From the human T2T-CHM13v2.0 reference genome, Homo sapiens, in the NCBI RefSeq assembly GCF_009914755.1, contig NC_060932.1: DNA of 64,000 nt; one strand, written 5' to 3'. Position 1 is the stretch's first letter; each line of letters opens with the position of its first letter. The notes beneath the pieces are model-generated. The model ran no database searches. It saw only the letters and a list, made by a program, of their open reading frames with translations, and had not been told where the DNA came from. This document shows positions 59,526 to 64,000 of this stretch, in pieces. A program made the position numbers and the translations under genes.

Positions 59526-59957
59526 AGTATACCAACTTTGAATTTTGATTAATTTTAAATTTAGTGATAGTTTTACTGATAAGTTATGAATTACAATATT
59601 GTTTTTAAATGAAATATTCATAAGTGTTTCTGCAGTTTTGAGGTTATTCAAGATTCTTCATATCTTGACCTCTATTCTGATAATTTTATTTTTATATTTA
59701 GACACATTATTCAAATACCCTTGAAAGTTTCTAGTGTCTCTTTAAAAAGACTGCAGTGCCATAGAAATTAATACCTTATTTTCTAATTTTGTTTATGTTT
59801 TAGTATATAATCCAGTGTGGAATTGATGTTCTGTTTGCTTTAATATCTTCTTTGCAAATCTCCCAATAAATGTGTAAATGAAATACAAGGGATAGGGAGT
59901 AAGCGATGCATAAATTACCTGAAATTGTTAGGCTTTCAAGAATTTACAAGTAATTTA

Positions 59958-60269
<312 letters not shown>

Positions 60270-60344
60270 AATTTGCAAGTAACCTACAAAGCTCTGTAAG
60301 GCAAAGCACATTCTAGATAGTTTTTCTGTCTTTTCCTGACCTTT

Positions 60345-60522
60345 CATCTGTGTGTCTCTTCATCTTCTTTTTAGGATACTAGTGCCGGTGGATCAGTGCT
60401 TCACTCTTATGATTTTATTTAACTTTAAATACCTCCTTAGAGGTCCTATCTCCAAATATGCTCATGCTGAGGGTTAGGGGTTCAATATATGAATACCTGG
60501 GGAACACAGTTGGGTCCATATG
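60345..60522 (-). mobile_element. MLT1A-like LTR fragment
   Basis: ctcttatgattttatttaactt...cctatctccaaata...tgagggttagggg.ttcaatatatgaat. Confidence 0.75.
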
Positions 60523-60977
60523 ATGGATAAATAGGTAAAAGTAAGACATAGTTAGCTTTCAGAGACACAATTTAGTGGGCAAGCAGGACTAGATACAGTG
60601 TCCACCCTAATTTGACAAATAATTGCATAAATCACAAAGCCTAGGAAAGCCTAGAGAATAAAGTCATCATAGGACTCAGTGCAGGAGGCCTCATGGAGGA
60701 GAGTGTACCTGAAACAGGTCTTGGAGCCTAATACAATTTCATAAAAGGAGAGGAGAGAAAGGGGGATTGGAGAAAGGACACATGGCATAAGAGTTGCGTA
60801 TTTGAGTGTCTACAAAACAAACAGTGGAAGTGGGAATGTGTGCAGGGAAATGGTGGGTTAAGAAGCTGAAAAGATTGTTTCAGAGAATATTTAGAAAGGC
60901 CTTGGACACTGTGCCAAAAAGTCTGGACCATGGAAGATGTTTTTTTTCAGAGGAGCGATGTGATCTCTGGATTGCCC

Positions 60978-61190
60978 ATTGTGGAGTAGTAGTCAAAAGT
61001 TCAGGCTCAGATGCTGGACAGGCCTGGGTTTTGTGCGAGCTTGGCTGGGTAAGCAAATTAACCTCAGAAAACTTTTTTTTTGCTTATCTCTAAAATAGGG
61101 ACAATAATAACCTCATCTTCTTAGGTCTTTTGTGAGGGCTAAATGAGATAATATATGTAAAGAGCTTGCTATGGAGCAAACACCCAGTAT
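60978..61190 (+). mobile_element. MIR SINE
   Basis: taaaatagggacaataataacc...tgtgagggctaaatgagataatatatgtaaagagctt. Confidence 0.8.
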
Positions 61191-63264
61191 ATGTCAGGGT
61201 GGAGATCATTTGTTTCATTTGGCAAGTACTCAGAAAATACATATGCTGGGCATGGTGCATGAGCTATGGTTTGATGATGTTAAAATGAATTAAACTGTGC
61301 AGACTTTAAAATGCACTAAATCACATCCTCAGCAGCAACTTGCAAGGGAAGTAGTTTGATGAGTCGGATGGAGAAGGAATAGAGAAGGAAGACCCTAGAG
61401 ACAAAGAGAACAGATCAAAGTTATCTTAAAAGTACAAGGAAGATAACCTTGTATTAGGACCTCCATGAGAATTACTGGGATGTGTTTTAACCTGTGGTAT
61501 TTACAATCCTTGTATCAACGTTCCTCTGGACTCCATATTGGCATAATATATTTCCATCTGTTTCCTAGAATAACGGGAAAAAAAAGAACACCTCCCACTG
61601 TTTTTAAAAATTCCCTCATTCATTTGGAATCAGGGCTTTTATGCAAGTGCTGTACTCCATTCAATCAGTATTTCATCCTCAGAGCTAAAGTCATGTTTCC
61701 CAAACTAACATTGTTTTTCAATTAATTAAAATCAGCTAAGAACAATTAATTGAATGCTGTCACAGCACCATAAATCATTGTGATGCCTCCTTGTCATCAC
61801 CCGGCTTCTGAAAACACATCTTGTGGCAAGATCCGACATAGCTTACAATAATATCCAAAATGTCTAACCAGGATGACATAATTGTCAAATATGTAATTGT
61901 GCTTTTTACTGCCAGTAGCATTCACTACCATTTGAAAATGTCAGAAATTACTACTGTAGGCAAGTCAAACATTTAAATATATGTCCAGGATACATTCTCT
62001 GCCAAGATAAAACAGCATTGCTTTGCTTCTCCTTGATGACTTTAAAGTTTAATGCTCTGTGTATCAGTAAGTGTCTTCTTGTATGTTCATACCACATTTC
62101 AAGTTGGAGAAGAATGCAAGGTAGTTTAGCTTCATCTGTCTATGTGACTAAGAATTATTAGGTGTGGAAATTGGATACAAGGATCTTTTGAAGGCAGTAA
62201 GGATGGGCTTGTCACACAAGGTAAAATTTTAAAATGAATTTTGACATATTCAATAGGCTTCATAACAACTGATTAGCATCTCAGAATATTTAGGAACCCC
62301 AGTGACACCAGCTGTCTTATAAGGGCCGTCAGATCATAGCACAGATGCACTGAAATCAAAGGAAGTGTTGAATTTATGTTGAATTTTCTCCTCTGTTTCA
62401 GAACTTCATGTTTCAATGTAGGATAGTATTCCGTAATATAAACTCTCACTAAATAGTCACTGTTGTGTAACATTTATTTAATCTTTTGCTTTATAATCTA
62501 AATTGTCAAATTAATCTGTCCTTGCCAACTTCCTCCACTACCAGCGGAGAATTAGCTGCATTAGGATGCACTCACATGACCGTTTTGTATCAGATGGTGA
62601 GATAGTTCTGTCAGACAGCTGAGTAACCACATTAAAATAACTCAACAAGTTGTTTGAAAAGACCAATCCGTTGAAATTAATGAAATTTTTTACTTACAGG
62701 AAGTACAAGTCACCACTGGAGTAGATATTAGCCATATTTATTTTATTAGAGTTTACACACAATAGGTCATTAAGGTGAACTGTGCTTTTCTTAAAATACA
62801 AGGAGTGCAAGCTTACATAAATTGTAAATATGATGCATCTATCCAAATATTTATCTTCAAGGAGATAGTTCATGGAAAACTTTTCTTTAGTCATTTGGTG
62901 GAGTGTGTAATAATGTCCTTTAATATCATGATGCTCTGCTCCTCTGATACTGTATTTGATGGTCGAACTGTGCTACAGAAAGCATTTGAACATATTGTAG
63001 ACTAGTCATCAAGTTTTCTCTTCCATGAAATGGAATAGAACCAAGTCCCAGGTGAGAGAAAATGACTATAATTTTCCAATTCCATATGGAAGTTTGCGAT
63101 TACTTGCAAAAAGAACAACCAACAACCTTTCAAGCCAGAGATAGGCAGACTCTTGATGGTCATCCACTGACATTTCTTCTAAATGGGATAATGCATGTGG
63201 GAGACCTGATTGATTACACTAGTTATCAAAGCAGTATTTCAGTTGTCTCTTTTTGTTGCTCCTG

Positions 63265-63520
63265 AGTAGTTAAAAGGATGGATCCAGAATAGGGCTGCCC
63301 AGGTGCAAATCCTGGCTCTGCCACGTGGGAGCTATGTGGTGTTGGTAAGTTACAGCCCTTTAATACCGTACCGCAGCTTCATCATTTGTTACATGGACAT
63401 AATAACAGTACAACCCTCATAGGATTATTTCAAAGATTGAATGAGTTTATTTACCTAATAAGCTTAGAGCAGTGTGTGACACATGGTAAGTGCTCCATAA
63501 ATGTAGCCCGTTGTCATTAT
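63265..63520 (+). mobile_element. MIR SINE
   Basis: caaatcctggctctgccac...ataataacagtac...cataggattatt...agcttagagcagtg...acatggtaagtgctccataaatgt. Confidence 0.85.
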
Positions 63521-64000
63521 TTTAACTTTTGTTAAGATGAATCGATGTGTTGAAGTTAAGTGCTGTTAAATTTTTTTTATGCTTCATTGAGCGCAAGAAA
63601 GGTGTCAGGAGAATGGAAATGTTGTTCTAATTTTCGAAATTGATGGAACATTTGGATTCTGAAAATAATAGATTGTTACAATTTCTCTTTCAAAAAATTC
63701 TAGTTGAAATTACTAAACAGATGGCTTTTGAGCACTCAGAAAAAAATGCAGTGGTCACTAACCATCCTGATGTGTTAATTAAAAGCAAGCGATTCCAAAC
63801 TGCCTATTCTTGTTTTTAGAAAGTGTTACTGGATTGTTGGTATAAGAGATGCTTTATCTGAGTATATGGGTTCTTTCCTTACATATTTCGATCGAAACGA
63901 ACATGAGTTTGATCAAGTGGAGTTACTGTTTCTTGGGTAGACCACAAAAAACACTGTATTCTCAAGTATAGGGGGTCTTTCATACCCTATGAAAGTACAA

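Noticed and set aside
63887-63995. Short palindrome tttcgatcgaaa and hairpin ctttcata-ccc-tatgaaag
   Set aside because: Too short to be significant, at the window edge, and not a miRNA- or terminator-like structure.

Overview
Primate (very likely human) genomic DNA, not prokaryotic. It is AT-rich and CpG-depleted, with no CpG island, no recognisable protein-coding exon, no tRNA/rRNA and no CRISPR array. Roughly half of the window is interspersed repeats: about 20 Alu copies or fragments, many with clear target-site duplications (TSDs); L1 remnants, including a ~4.4 kb L1MA-type element with 5'UTR, ORF1, endonuclease and 3' end but an internal ORF2 deletion; L2, MIR and CR1 fragments; solo LTRs (THE1, MST, MLT1, LTR16, PABL-like, MER31/67-like); hAT elements (MER58, MER5, MER30, MER33/Charlie); and a near full-length Tigger2 with a decayed transposase. 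Nearly all ORFs in the track are artefacts of Alus or simple repeats. Most LTRs lie on the minus strand and several splice-site-bounded segments lie on the plus strand, which suggests the interior of a long plus-strand gene or lncRNA that I cannot name. Repeat subfamily names are recalled from consensus sequences and were not checked against a database; boundaries of old repeats are approximate. I found no evidence for a new biological system. The best leads are candidate exons (one 228-nt, frame-symmetric and stop-free), inverted Alus bracketing them, a local duplication of an L1 ORF2 segment, non-B-DNA arrays and a few dense transcription-factor motif clusters.
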